NCBI GenBank assembly: GCA_041666185.1
Contig: JBAYHL010000004.1
Coordinates: forward strand, 105 to 64,104
From: Patescibacteria group bacterium
GTDB lineage: Bacteria; Patescibacteriota; UBA1384; UBA12157; JAENIV01
Direction: 5' to 3'
DNA length: 64,000 nucleotides
Shown: piece after piece, positions 40,185 to 50,140 of the stretch
Layout of the letters: every line of letters begins with the position of its first letter
Position numbering within the stretch: the stretch's first letter is position 1
Program-made: the position numbers and the translations under genes
The notes under the pieces: model-generated
Databases searched by the model: none
Seen by the model: the letters and a program-made list of their open reading frames with translations, nothing else
What the model was told of the DNA's origin: nothing

Positions 40185-41396
40185 TTACTTTAAGCTTTTC
40201 CTGTGTTTTTTTCGATAATATTCTATAGCAAAACGATGAGCTTCGTCACGAACTCGAAGCAATAATTTTTTGTCAACACTTAAGTTGTCATCGGTAACAA
40301 TCTCGTCCTTATTTCGATCCGGACCTTTAGCAATTCCTATCACCGGAATATTAAGTTTTTTATTTTTTAAAACTTCTTTTGCGGCATTTACTTGCCCCTT
40401 ACCACCATCAACTAATACTAAATCCGGTTTTGGCCACTCTAAGTGCTCGAATCGACGAGAAATTATTTCTTTCATCGAGGAAACATCATTTGCCCCCTCA
40501 ACAGTTTTGATTTTAAATTTTCTATACTGTCCTTTATCAATCAGCCCTTCACTAAAAACCACCATTGAACCAACAGCGAACGCCCCAGAGATATTGGAAA
40601 CATCGTAAGCCTCAATTCTTGCCGGGACATCTTCAGGATGAGATAAGTCATCTTCGGCAATTAAAGAAACATCTTGAATATGGCGAAGAGCAAAAATTTT
40701 ATCCCGAAGTTTTGCCGCACGCTCGAATTCTTGCATTTTTGCCGCCTGTTTCATTTCTTGTTCAATATCTTTAATAACTTGTTTTTTGTGTCCTTTTAAA
40801 AATAAAAGAATTTGTTTAATAGTTCTTTGGTAGTCTTGTTTTTCTACTTTGCCAGCACAAACCCCTGGGCACATACCTAAATGGTATTCAAAACAAGCTT
40901 TCCCGGAAAGTGGTTTGCAAGATACCCTAAAAGGGAAAATTTTTCTAATAATTTGCAAAGCTTCACGAACTTGACCACTAGAAGGATATGGACCAAAAAA
41001 TTCACCAGCCGGTAATTTTTGAGTAATTCGCGCTGGCATTATCCGTGGCCATTCTTCTTTAGTGACAAAAATACCCAAAAAAGTTTTATCGTCTTTAAGT
41101 TTAATATTATATTTTGGCTTATATTTTTTAATTAAATTACTTTCCAAAATAAGAGCTTCGATAACAGAATCTGTTTTTAAAGTATCGATAGTTTTTACCT
41201 GTTCGAGCATCTTTTCAATTCGTGTTTCTTGAGGTCGCTGAAAATAAGAAATTACCCGGCGTTTTAAAGATGAGGCTTTACCAATATACAAAGGACTACG
41301 CCTCACATCGCGCATAATATAGACCCCTGGTAAGTCTGGGAACTTTTTAATTTTAGTAATTATTTTAGAATTATCCATAGCGTTTAATTTTATCAC
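40185..41396 (-). CDS. uvrC: Excinuclease ABC subunit C, shortened form (403 aa, no C-terminal HhH region)
   Basis: GIY-YIG N-terminus (PGVYIMRD...LYIGKASSLKRRVISYF), a UvrC middle region and an RNase H-like endonuclease domain. It ends before the usual (HhH)2 domain. Confidence 0.8.
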   Translation of the reverse strand: MIKLNAMDNSKIITKIKKFPDLPGVYIMRDVRRSPLYIGKASSLKRRVISYFQRPQETRIEKMLEQVKTIDTLKTDSVIEALILESNLIKKYKPKYNIKLKDDKTFLGIFVTKEEWPRIMPARITQKLPAGEFFGPYPSSGQVREALQIIRKIFPFRVSCKPLSGKACFEYHLGMCPGVCAGKVEKQDYQRTIKQILLFLKGHKKQVIKDIEQEMKQAAKMQEFERAAKLRDKIFALRHIQDVSLIAEDDLSHPEDVPARIEAYDVSNISGAFAVGSMVVFSEGLIDKGQYRKFKIKTVEGANDVSSMKEIISRRFEHLEWPKPDLVLVDGGKGQVNAAKEVLKNKKLNIPVIGIAKGPDRNKDEIVTDDNLSVDKKLLLRVRDEAHRFAIEYYRKKHRKSLK

Positions 41397-41470
41397 CCTT
41401 ATTGCGATTTGACAATTTAGAAGGAATCAAGATAAAATCAGGTCAGAACAAATCAGGGGGTGTACATATA

Positions 41471-41941
41471 ATGGAAAGAGAATTTACTTATAAGATTTCA
41501 CCCGGACTTTACGAGATTCTGCTAAAATCTTGCTCGGTCTTTCAAGAAATACTTAAGAAAGCACGCGAGGCAATTGCTAATGACAATAGCATTTCTGACT
41601 TAGCTGAAAAATTCCATCTTTCTACCGATATATACGTCAGCAATTACACTGAAGACAAGAGACCAATCTTTGTGCTTTCTGGGCTTTTTCATGTTTGTTT
41701 TGATACTACCGAATGGCTTACGAATAAAGCTAGTGAACAAAAACGATATAATCATGCCGAACATTTAGTTCAGAAGATTATAAGTGAAGCGGAAACAGTA
41801 AGTGCTATTGATTACCAAGGTAGAGTTGCCGTTACAAGACATGTCGAAAACGCGGACAAATATTACTGTCTTCCAGATGAAGCAAAGGCGATTAAAAACA
41901 AAATGCTAGAGAATCTAGCTAGCTCCAAAGAATACGAATAG
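41471..41941 (+). CDS. Hypothetical protein (plus strand, ~156 aa from the ATG at 41471; the ORF is open from 41402)
   Basis: AGGGGGTG RBS 8 nt before the ATG at 41471. No family recognised. Confidence 0.45.
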   Translation: MEREFTYKISPGLYEILLKSCSVFQEILKKAREAIANDNSISDLAEKFHLSTDIYVSNYTEDKRPIFVLSGLFHVCFDTTEWLTNKASEQKRYNHAEHLVQKIISEAETVSAIDYQGRVAVTRHVENADKYYCLPDEAKAIKNKMLENLASSKEYE

Positions 41942-41983
41942 AATCTACTCTTGATCATCTTACTACTAACTTTTTCATTCATT

Positions 41984-42012
41984 CCCGCTATTCAAGCGGG
42001 ATTTTTATTTTC
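41984..42012 (+). terminator. Bidirectional rho-independent terminator between the 41471 ORF and uvrA
   Basis: CCCGCUAUUCAAGCGGG hairpin plus AUUUUUAUUUU. It overlaps the last codons of uvrA. Confidence 0.5.
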
Positions 42013-44844
42013 TAAGACTTTTTGCAAAAACTGGCCGGTATATGATTTTTCAATTTTAGCTACTTCTTCCGGAGTACCAGTAGCAACAATCTTACCGCCA
42101 CCATCACCACCTTCTGGTCCAAGATCAATAACATAATCGCAAGTCTTAATAACATCCAGGTTATGTTCAATCACGATTACGGTATTACCCCCATCAACTA
42201 AGCGATGTAAAACAACTAACAGTTTATTAATATCATCAAAATGAAGACCGGTTGTAGGCTCATCTAAAATATATAAGGTTTTGCCAGTTGCACGCTTGGA
42301 AAGTTCAGAAGCAAGCTTTATTCTTTGAGCTTCCCCACCAGACAAAGTTGTCGCTGCTTGTCCCAAATGAATATAGCCCAAACCAACATCTTCTAAAGTT
42401 TTTAAAACATCGGCAATTTTTGGAATTGGTTTAAAAAATTCTAAAGCATCAGAAACCGTCATCTCCAAAACATCGGCAATCGATTTTCCCTTATATAGAA
42501 CTGATAATGTTTCGCGATTAAAACGCTTGCCGGCACAAACATCACAAGGAATATAAACGTCTGGCAAAAAGTGCATTTCAATTTTTGTAAATCCATCACC
42601 CTGGCAATTATCACAGCGACCACCAGCAACATTAAATGAAAATCTGCCCGGCTGATAACCACGAGCTTTTGCTTCACGAGTTGCAGAGAAAAGCTCACGA
42701 ATATATGTAAAAACACCGGTATAAGTTGCTGGATTAGAGCGAGGTGTTCGGCCAATTGGTGACTGATCGATAACAATACATTTATTAAGATGTTCGGCAC
42801 CTTCAATTCTTGCGTGTTTGCCTGGCCGATCAAGACTCCTGGAAATTTTTCTTGCCAACGCTTTATATAAAATTTCATTGACTAAACTTGATTTACCGCT
42901 CCCAGAAACTCCTGTCACACAAGTAAAAACACCTAGCGGAAAATGAACTGTTAGGTTTTTTAAATTGTTTTCGTTAGCGCCAACAATACTTAAAAAATTA
43001 TCTTTTATTTTTCGACGATTGCCTGGCACAAGAATTTTTTTCTCTCCCGATAAATACTGACCAGTAATTGATCTTGGCTCTTTTTTAATTTCTTCCAAAT
43101 TTCCTTGAGCGACGATTTCTCCACCATTACTTCCTGCTCCTGGGCCAATATCAACAATTAGATCTGCTCGACGCATTGTTTCTTCGTCATGCTCAATAAC
43201 AATCATCGAATTACCTAAATCACGTAAGTATTCTAAAGTGTCTAGTAATTTATCATCATCCCTTGGATGAAGACCAACTGACGGTTCGTCAAGAATATAC
43301 AAAACACCAACTAATCCGGAACCAATTTGAGAAGCTAAACGAATACGTTGAGCTTCCCCACCAGCCAAAGTAAAGGCGGGGCGATCTAAAGTTAAATAAT
43401 CCAAACCAACATCAACCAAAAATTTCAAACGGGCTTTTATTTCTTTTAAAATTCTTTCGGCAATCAATTTTTCTTTAGCAGTAGTCTCAAGATTTTCAAA
43501 AAAATCTAAAGTTTGCTTGATTGATAAATTAGTAATTTGAGAAATATTTTTGGCTTGTCCTGAGCTTGTCGAAGGGTTACCAATTCTTACAAGTAAACTT
43601 TCTTTTTTTAAGCGCTTTCCTTCACACTGACCACAAGGTGTTTGACTCATATATTTTTCAATATCTGTTCTGACACTTTCGGACTCTGTTTGATGATACC
43701 TTCTTTCGAGTAACGGAATGATTCCTTCAAAACGTACCCAGAAAACGTTTGAATGACCATGAGAAAAATAACGCACTTTTAATCGTTCTGGCAAATTAGA
43801 TCCGTAAAGAATGTTTTGCAAATACTCTGGATGAATATTTTTAATTGGTGTGTGTTCCGAAAAACCAAAATGCTCAACAACTGCTCGTAAAATCGCCCCA
43901 TAATAATTATTAGTTTTGTAACTTAATGGCATGATTGCCCCTTGAGCAATTGAAAGATTTTTATCCGGAATAACCAAGTTAGGATCAATATTTTTCTCAA
44001 CTCCGAGTCCTCCACATTTTTCGCAAGCGCCATAAGGACTATTAAAAGAAAAAATTCGCGGTTCAATTTCCGAAATACCAACACCATGTTCTGTGCATTG
44101 TAAGTTTTGATTTAATAAAATTTCTTTATCATCAACACTAATAAGAACTAATCCGTCAGCTAATTTTAAAGATTGTTCAACTGCCTCGCTTATACGACCA
44201 ATGTTTTCTGCTTTGATTTCCAAATTATCAATTAAGATTTCGATTTCGTGTTGCTTATAACGGGCTAAAGGAATTTTTTCGGAAAGATTTTTTATCACAC
44301 CATTAATTCTAGCTTTTGAAAAACCACCCTTAAATAGATCATTTAACAATTGATGATATTCACCTTTTCTACCACGAACAACGGGCGCTAAGATCATAAT
44401 TTTTTTGCCTTCGCCCAAATCAAGAATTTGTTCAATCATTTGTTCTAGAGAAAGTTTAGTAATTGGTTTGTCGCAAATCGGACAATGAGGAATACCAATG
44501 CGAGCAAAGAGAACTCTTAAATAATCGTAAATTTCCGTAACCGTACCAACTGTTGAACGAGGGTTATGAGTGGCAGCTTTTTGATCAATGGAAATTGCCG
44601 GAGAAAGCCCTTCAATCGAATCAACATCTGGTTTTTCCATTTGACCCAAAAACTGTCGAGCGTAAGAAGAAAGCGACTCCAAGTAACGACGTTGACCTTC
44701 GGCATAAATTGTATCAAACGCCAAAGTAGACTTGCCGGAACCGGAAAGCCCTGTAAAAACTATAAATTTATTGCGCTGTAATTCAAGATTAATATTTTTT
44801 AAATTATGTTCTCGCGCACCTTTGATGACAATTTTATCTTGCAT
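41992..44844 (-). CDS. uvrA: Excinuclease ABC subunit A
   Basis: 950 aa with two ABC ATPase modules (GLSGSGKS and GVSGSGKSSL Walker A, LSGGE signatures) and zinc-finger Cys clusters. Confidence 0.95.
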   Translation of the reverse strand: MQDKIVIKGAREHNLKNINLELQRNKFIVFTGLSGSGKSTLAFDTIYAEGQRRYLESLSSYARQFLGQMEKPDVDSIEGLSPAISIDQKAATHNPRSTVGTVTEIYDYLRVLFARIGIPHCPICDKPITKLSLEQMIEQILDLGEGKKIMILAPVVRGRKGEYHQLLNDLFKGGFSKARINGVIKNLSEKIPLARYKQHEIEILIDNLEIKAENIGRISEAVEQSLKLADGLVLISVDDKEILLNQNLQCTEHGVGISEIEPRIFSFNSPYGACEKCGGLGVEKNIDPNLVIPDKNLSIAQGAIMPLSYKTNNYYGAILRAVVEHFGFSEHTPIKNIHPEYLQNILYGSNLPERLKVRYFSHGHSNVFWVRFEGIIPLLERRYHQTESESVRTDIEKYMSQTPCGQCEGKRLKKESLLVRIGNPSTSSGQAKNISQITNLSIKQTLDFFENLETTAKEKLIAERILKEIKARLKFLVDVGLDYLTLDRPAFTLAGGEAQRIRLASQIGSGLVGVLYILDEPSVGLHPRDDDKLLDTLEYLRDLGNSMIVIEHDEETMRRADLIVDIGPGAGSNGGEIVAQGNLEEIKKEPRSITGQYLSGEKKILVPGNRRKIKDNFLSIVGANENNLKNLTVHFPLGVFTCVTGVSGSGKSSLVNEILYKALARKISRSLDRPGKHARIEGAEHLNKCIVIDQSPIGRTPRSNPATYTGVFTYIRELFSATREAKARGYQPGRFSFNVAGGRCDNCQGDGFTKIEMHFLPDVYIPCDVCAGKRFNRETLSVLYKGKSIADVLEMTVSDALEFFKPIPKIADVLKTLEDVGLGYIHLGQAATTLSGGEAQRIKLASELSKRATGKTLYILDEPTTGLHFDDINKLLVVLHRLVDGGNTVIVIEHNLDVIKTCDYVIDLGPEGGDGGGKIVATGTPEEVAKIEKSYTGQFLQKVLENKNPA

Positions 44845-44927
44845 ATATTTATTTTACCCAGATTTTTTATATTTAATTTAGCGGATATATTGTAACAAAA
44901 AGTTTCAGATAAATCCAGTCATGTCTC

Positions 44928-44958
44928 TTGACTAGATTAAATAAAAATGATATATAAT
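44928..44958 (+). promoter_or_regulatory. Sigma70-like promoter for the two-gene plus-strand cassette
   Basis: TTGACT (44928-44933), a 17-nt spacer, then TATATA/TATAAT (44951-44958). A GAGGAGG RBS sits at 44981-44987. Confidence 0.4.
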
Positions 44959-44996
44959 ATAGAAGTAGTTTAGAAAATCTGAGGAGGTGAAGTAAG

Positions 44997-45260
44997 TTGA
45001 AAGCTAAAGTCGCACCACCGCCAAAAACAGTTTTGTCATCGACACCACCAACGTCAGAAGAGCTAAAAACAGACGAGTTTCCAATACCCGTCTCCGCTGA
45101 CTACACCGAGATTGTCCAAAAAGCCGATCTCACTGCCAGGATCATTGACCAGCATCTTGATTTCGAAGAAAGAAGTCAAGGCCGCAAAATGCGACCAATG
45201 ACCCTCTGCCCAGAGCAAGGAAATAGCCTTGCCTCCGACCTCTCTGAGGTAACAAGGTGA
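44997..45260 (+). CDS. Hypothetical small protein (87 aa), first gene of a GC-elevated plus-strand cassette
   Basis: TTG start with a strong GAGGAGG RBS. Pro/Ser/Thr-rich N-terminus, no family. Confidence 0.4.
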   Translation: MKAKVAPPPKTVLSSTPPTSEELKTDEFPIPVSADYTEIVQKADLTARIIDQHLDFEERSQGRKMRPMTLCPEQGNSLASDLSEVTR

Positions 45261-45264
45261 AGTA

Positions 45265-45519
45265 ATGAAAAAGATGCTTTACGGCGCCGATCTTGACAGA
45301 AAAACCATTAATCGAGCAATGCGCCTAGTTGAGAAGCACCTTTGGCTTTACCGGACAAATCGAGCCCAAAATCTACCAGAAGAAGCCAGAGTTAGGCTCT
45401 ATCTCGATCTTCAAAAGCTTTTTCGTGGAGAATTACCAGCCCCTGATCAGCTAATATGGCGTTTCAAAAATGCATTTGGGCGCCTCTACCAAAAAGTTGA
45501 AGATTTACTCGCCGCTTGA
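45265..45519 (+). CDS. Hypothetical small protein (84 aa), second gene of the cassette
   Basis: ATG with an AGGTGA RBS. The aggtgaagtaa context recurs before both genes. It is basic and probably helical. Confidence 0.45.
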   Translation: MKKMLYGADLDRKTINRAMRLVEKHLWLYRTNRAQNLPEEARVRLYLDLQKLFRGELPAPDQLIWRFKNAFGRLYQKVEDLLAA

Positions 45520-45531
45520 TCCCCGCCCACC

Positions 45532-45558
45532 GACCCTGTCATTCGACAGGGTCTTTTA
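45532..45558 (+). terminator. Rho-independent terminator (bidirectional with uvrB)
   Basis: GACCCUGUCAUUCGACAGGGUC plus UUUU. Confidence 0.65.
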
Positions 45559-45564
45559 AATTAT

Positions 45565-47520
45565 TTAAAACCTTAATTTTTTAAGTTGAACTATTTCGTC
45601 ACGCAAAATGGCTGCTTGTTCAAATTCTAAATTCTTGGCAGCTTTTTTCATTTCACTTTCTTTAAAACGTAAGATTCTTGGTAAATCTTCCAAGTTTTCA
45701 ATTTTTACATATTCTCGCGGAATTTCTGGTTTGAGTTCATGATCGATAATACTTTCAATAGATTTTTGAATCGTTTTAGGAGTAATATGATGTTTTTTAT
45801 TATAAGCAGTTTGAATTTTTCTGCGTCTTTCAGTTTCAAAAATTGCTCGCTCCATTGAACCAGTAATATTGTCAGCATATAAAATAACTTTACCGGAGAC
45901 ATTTCTCGCTGCCCGACCTATTGTTTGAACTAAAGAAACTTCACTACGCAAAAAACCTTCTTTGTCGGCATCTAGTATTGCTACCAATGTTACCTCCGGC
46001 AAATCTAAACCTTCACGAAGTAAATTTACGCCCACCAAACAATCAATTTTGCCACGTCGTAAATTTTCTAAAATTCCTACTCTGTCTAAAGTGTCAACTT
46101 CACTATGAATATATTCTGATTTTATTTTACTTTCTTTTAAATGCTCTGATAAATCTTCAGCCATTCGTTTAGTAAGAGCGGTTACTAATATTCTTTCATT
46201 TTTAGCGGCCCTGATTTTGATTTCCGAAATTAAATCGTCAATTTGATTCTGCGTTGGTCTAATTTCTAACTCAGGGTCAACTAGACCAGTTGGGCGAATA
46301 ATTTGCTCAACAAACCCTCTAGAATGTTCGTGTTCATATAAGGACGGTGTCGCGGTTGTAAATATTACTTGATTAACTTTTTCTTCAAATTCAGGAAATT
46401 TCAAAGGACGATTATCGTAAGCGCTAGGTAACCGAAAACCATTTTTAACCAAAGCGTCCTTTCTTGATTTATCGCCAGCAAACATACCTCTAATTTGAGG
46501 GATGGTTACATGAGACTCGTCAATTACCATCAAAAAATCTTCAGGAAAAAAATCTAACAAAGTATACGGTGCTTGGCCCGGACTACGACCAGTTAAGTAC
46601 CGCGAGTAGTTTTCAATTCCCGAACAATAACCAACCTCTCTTAACATTTCTAAATCAAAGTCTGTTCTGCGACGCAATCTTTCTGCTTCTAAAACTTGGC
46701 CTTTGCTTTCAAAATATTTCAATCTTTCTTCCAGCTCTTTTTGGATACCATTGAATGATTTTTCAAGTTCTGCCCCTTCAACAACAAAATGTTTTGCCGG
46801 ATAAATAGTTATTTCTGACCTTTCGGAAATTTTCTTCATTGTTAAGTTTTCAAAAATAGTAATCGCAAAAACTAAATCTTGATCAAACTCGATCCTTATA
46901 ATTACTTCTTGATCTATCGGCATAATTTCTAAAGTAGACCCATGTAAACGAAATCTTCCTCTTTCCAAAATTTCACTGCGAGTAAAATAAAGTCCAACTA
47001 AACGCTTGGTAACTTCTGTAAGTTTTAGATTTTCACCTTTACGAAAATTCAAAAACGATTGGGCGTAAACTTCGGGGCTTCCTAAACCATAAATACAAGA
47101 AACCGAGGCAACGATTATCACATCTTTCCGTGTCAGAAGAGCCTGAGTAGCCGCATGACGAAGTCTTTCGATTTCTTTATTTATCTCAACTTCTTTTTCA
47201 ATATAAACATCGCTTGTTTCAAGATAAGCTTCCGGTTGGTAGTAATCGTAATAAGAAACAAAATATTCAACGGCGTTTTCAGGAAAAAAAGTTCTAAATT
47301 CTTGTGTTAGCTGCGCCGCTAAAGTTTTGTTATGAGCAACGACTAAGGTTGGCTTTTGAACATTTTTAATCACGTTGGCAATTGTAAAAGTTTTCCCAGA
47401 ACCAGTCACACCTAAAAGGGTCTGATATTTCAGGCCATCGTTTAACCCCTTCGACAACTTAGCGATTGCTTTTGTTTGATCACCAGCTGGTTTAAATTTT
47501 GAATTAATCTTAAATTCCAT
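45565..47520 (-). CDS. uvrB: Excinuclease ABC subunit B
   Basis: 651 aa with a Walker A GVTGSGKT, helicase motifs, and a C-terminal UVR domain (...EFEQAAILRDEIVQLKK). Confidence 0.95.
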   Translation of the reverse strand: MEFKINSKFKPAGDQTKAIAKLSKGLNDGLKYQTLLGVTGSGKTFTIANVIKNVQKPTLVVAHNKTLAAQLTQEFRTFFPENAVEYFVSYYDYYQPEAYLETSDVYIEKEVEINKEIERLRHAATQALLTRKDVIIVASVSCIYGLGSPEVYAQSFLNFRKGENLKLTEVTKRLVGLYFTRSEILERGRFRLHGSTLEIMPIDQEVIIRIEFDQDLVFAITIFENLTMKKISERSEITIYPAKHFVVEGAELEKSFNGIQKELEERLKYFESKGQVLEAERLRRRTDFDLEMLREVGYCSGIENYSRYLTGRSPGQAPYTLLDFFPEDFLMVIDESHVTIPQIRGMFAGDKSRKDALVKNGFRLPSAYDNRPLKFPEFEEKVNQVIFTTATPSLYEHEHSRGFVEQIIRPTGLVDPELEIRPTQNQIDDLISEIKIRAAKNERILVTALTKRMAEDLSEHLKESKIKSEYIHSEVDTLDRVGILENLRRGKIDCLVGVNLLREGLDLPEVTLVAILDADKEGFLRSEVSLVQTIGRAARNVSGKVILYADNITGSMERAIFETERRRKIQTAYNKKHHITPKTIQKSIESIIDHELKPEIPREYVKIENLEDLPRILRFKESEMKKAAKNLEFEQAAILRDEIVQLKKLRF

Positions 47521-47616
47521 CCAGTGTATATTAACATATTTTTTTTAAATACAAAATCCCTCCGCGGAAATCGTTGGAGGGATTTTGATAATTTTTTTGA
47601 TAAGAAACCTAAGTGA

Positions 47617-47775
47617 TTACTCTGCTACTTCTTCATCATCATCGTCTTCTGAATCACTATCCATTTCTTCTTCACCATCTTCTCCTGGTTCTTCCATTGT
47701 CATGTCATCATCAGTTTCTTCTTCAGTAGCATCGTCTGTTTGATCAGCGGCTACATCTTGTGTTGGATCGTCCAT
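47617..47775 (-). CDS. Unannotated hyper-acidic small protein (52 aa)
   Basis: The minus-strand ATG at 47775 sits 5 nt after an AAGAGGAGG RBS. The product is MDDPTQDVAADQTDDATEEETDDDMTMEEPGEDGEEEMDSDSEDDDDEEVAE, with a TAA stop. It is absent from the ORF track because it is under 60 aa. Confidence 0.5.
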   Translation of the reverse strand: MDDPTQDVAADQTDDATEEETDDDMTMEEPGEDGEEEMDSDSEDDDDEEVAE

Positions 47776-47828
47776 GTGCCTCCTCTTGCTCGACCAATCT
47801 GCTAGACACAGATTGCCGAGAAATTACT

Positions 47829-49073
47829 TTACTTTTCATCATTATCAAAAATATCAATTATTTTGTCAATATCAACAAGATTTGACTCTTCTTGATCCCT
47901 CTTTTTAAATTCGATTTTTTTGTCTTCTAAAGTTTTGGCGCTTAAAACTAATCTATAGGGAGCTCCTAATAAATCGGCATCGGAAAATTTTACTCCCGCA
48001 GAAACTTCTCTATCATCAAAAAGAACTCCAATCCCAGCTTTTACTAATCCGTCATAAACTTTTTCACCTTGCGAACCTTCTAAATCAATCAAATAAACAT
48101 CAAAAGGAGCAACTTCTTTCGGCCAAACCATTTTGTTTTTCGAAACATCAAAAAACATTTCAACTAATGACGCCAAACATCTGGTTATACCAATACCGTA
48201 CGACCCCATAACAATATCTTTTTCTTGGCCATTTTCGTCAACAAAAACCGCTCCCATTGATTTCGAATATTTTGTTTTTAATTTAAAAATATTACCAACT
48301 TCAATACCGTTATCCTTGGCAATTTTACCGTCACATTTTGGGCAATTATCACCTTCTTCCACCTTAGCTATTTCTTTATTTTGAGCAAAATCACATTTTG
48401 TACAATAAAAAACCGTGTCTTCGCCAGCTGGCGCTAAAACTTGAAATTCATGAGAATATTCTTTGCCAAAAGGTCCGCCAGAGGCTTCAACTATTTTTAC
48501 CGGCATTTCAAGCCGAGCGAAAATTTTTAAATACGCTTTTTTAACAATTTCGTAAAACTGATTTAAATCTTCTTCGTCTTGATGAAAACTATACAAATCT
48601 TTCATCAAAAATTCGCGACCACGAAGCAATCCGGACTTCGCTCGAGGTTCATTGCGAAATTTAGTTTGAATTTGATAAAGATATTGGGGTAAATCCTTAT
48701 AAGAGTGAATTTTGTGCCGGACAATACTTGTTAACTGCTCTTCATGGGTTGGACTAAGAGCCAATTCTTTATCTCTTGCGTCTTTAAAAGCGTACAAAAT
48801 ATCTTTCATCTCTTGCCAACGACCAGTTTCTTCCCAAAGCTCTTTAGGGGAAAGAACATTCATCAATATTTCTTGAGAATCAATAGTGTTCATTTCCTCA
48901 CGAATAATATTTTCAATTTTTTGATAAACCTTAAAACCAAGAGGCAAGAGAGCATAAACACCCGCCATTTGTTTTTCCACAAATGAAGCTCTCTCTAAAT
49001 AAGAAGCATTAATTGAGTCTGAGTCCGATGGGGTTTCTTTTTGAGTTTTAATAAATGATTTTGAGTATCTCAT
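47829..49073 (-). CDS. proS: Prolyl-tRNA synthetase, short form without the editing (INS) domain
   Basis: Class II motifs (...LSPTHEE, FRNEPRAKSGLLRGREFLMKDLYSF) and a Zn-binding C-terminal region (CTKCDFA...CPKCDG). It is 414 aa. Confidence 0.85.
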   Translation of the reverse strand: MRYSKSFIKTQKETPSDSDSINASYLERASFVEKQMAGVYALLPLGFKVYQKIENIIREEMNTIDSQEILMNVLSPKELWEETGRWQEMKDILYAFKDARDKELALSPTHEEQLTSIVRHKIHSYKDLPQYLYQIQTKFRNEPRAKSGLLRGREFLMKDLYSFHQDEEDLNQFYEIVKKAYLKIFARLEMPVKIVEASGGPFGKEYSHEFQVLAPAGEDTVFYCTKCDFAQNKEIAKVEEGDNCPKCDGKIAKDNGIEVGNIFKLKTKYSKSMGAVFVDENGQEKDIVMGSYGIGITRCLASLVEMFFDVSKNKMVWPKEVAPFDVYLIDLEGSQGEKVYDGLVKAGIGVLFDDREVSAGVKFSDADLLGAPYRLVLSAKTLEDKKIEFKKRDQEESNLVDIDKIIDIFDNDEK

Positions 49074-49081
49074 AGTTTAAA

Positions 49082-50137
49082 TTACCTAAACTTTAAAATA
49101 TCTCGAAAAACTATTGCTAACATTAGAATAATTAAAATGATAAAACCAATTGTATGAATTAAGTTTTCCACTTCTTGGCGAACGACTTTCTTACGGAAAA
49201 TTCCTTCCAAAGCTAGAAATAAAAGCTTACCACCATCTAAGGCCGGAAAAGGTAAAATATTGATTATTCCTAAATTAATCGAAAGAATTGCTAGAAGTTG
49301 TAAAATATAGATCCAACCAACCTTGATAGCGCTTGCGGTAAAGTTATAAATGCCAACTGGGCCGACAACCCCATCACCAGCTTCACCAGCTGTGCCAGTT
49401 GTAAATAAGCTTTTAATAATTTGCCAAAGAACAGTGAAAATTACACCAATACTTTTGCCTACTTCAACAGTCGCCGTTACAACTGCTTTGTATACAGGCT
49501 GTTTTACTTTGGTAACAGAAACAACACCAACTCCTAAAGGCGCCTCGCTGGAAGCTAAAGTCACTTGATAAGTTTGGGTTTCCTTACCTTTTTGAACTTC
49601 TAAAGAAACTTGTTGACCGGCATGACTTTTAGTAAATTCTTGGAGCTCAGAAGGTGTGGAGAAACCTTTTAAAATATTTCCCGGTTCTAAACCAATTCCT
49701 GAAGCAGCCGAATTAGGAGCAACCTCTGCTATCATCACTTGAGAAGTTTTTGTTCCCCCTAAATTCGTTGGATCAGAAACTAATGGCGTCATACCAACAC
49801 TAAAACCAATTGTTAAAACAACAATTGCCAAAATAAAGTTCATTAGCACACCGCTTAGAATAACGGTCATTTTTTGCCAAACTTTTTTAGAATAATAAGA
49901 ACCCGGCTTTTTAATGTCTTCGTTCTCACCTAAAAGACTGACGTAACCACCTAATGGTATTAGGTTAAAAGCATATCGAGTGCCATGATATATTTTACTA
50001 AAAAGCCTTGGCGGAAAACCAAAAGCAAATTCTTCTACTTTAATACCATTAAGTTTTGCCGCTATAAAATGGCCAAACTCATGAATTAAAATGAGAATGA
50101 CTAAGATAGCAACAAAAATGATAATTGTTAAAAACAT
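49082..50137 (-). CDS. rseP: RIP zinc metalloprotease (RseP / site-2 protease family)
   Basis: HEFGHF zinc motif in TM1, a PDZ-like middle region and a C-terminal LDGG motif. Confidence 0.85.
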   Translation of the reverse strand: MFLTIIIFVAILVILILIHEFGHFIAAKLNGIKVEEFAFGFPPRLFSKIYHGTRYAFNLIPLGGYVSLLGENEDIKKPGSYYSKKVWQKMTVILSGVLMNFILAIVVLTIGFSVGMTPLVSDPTNLGGTKTSQVMIAEVAPNSAASGIGLEPGNILKGFSTPSELQEFTKSHAGQQVSLEVQKGKETQTYQVTLASSEAPLGVGVVSVTKVKQPVYKAVVTATVEVGKSIGVIFTVLWQIIKSLFTTGTAGEAGDGVVGPVGIYNFTASAIKVGWIYILQLLAILSINLGIINILPFPALDGGKLLFLALEGIFRKKVVRQEVENLIHTIGFIILIILMLAIVFRDILKFR

Positions 50138-50140
50138 TAT

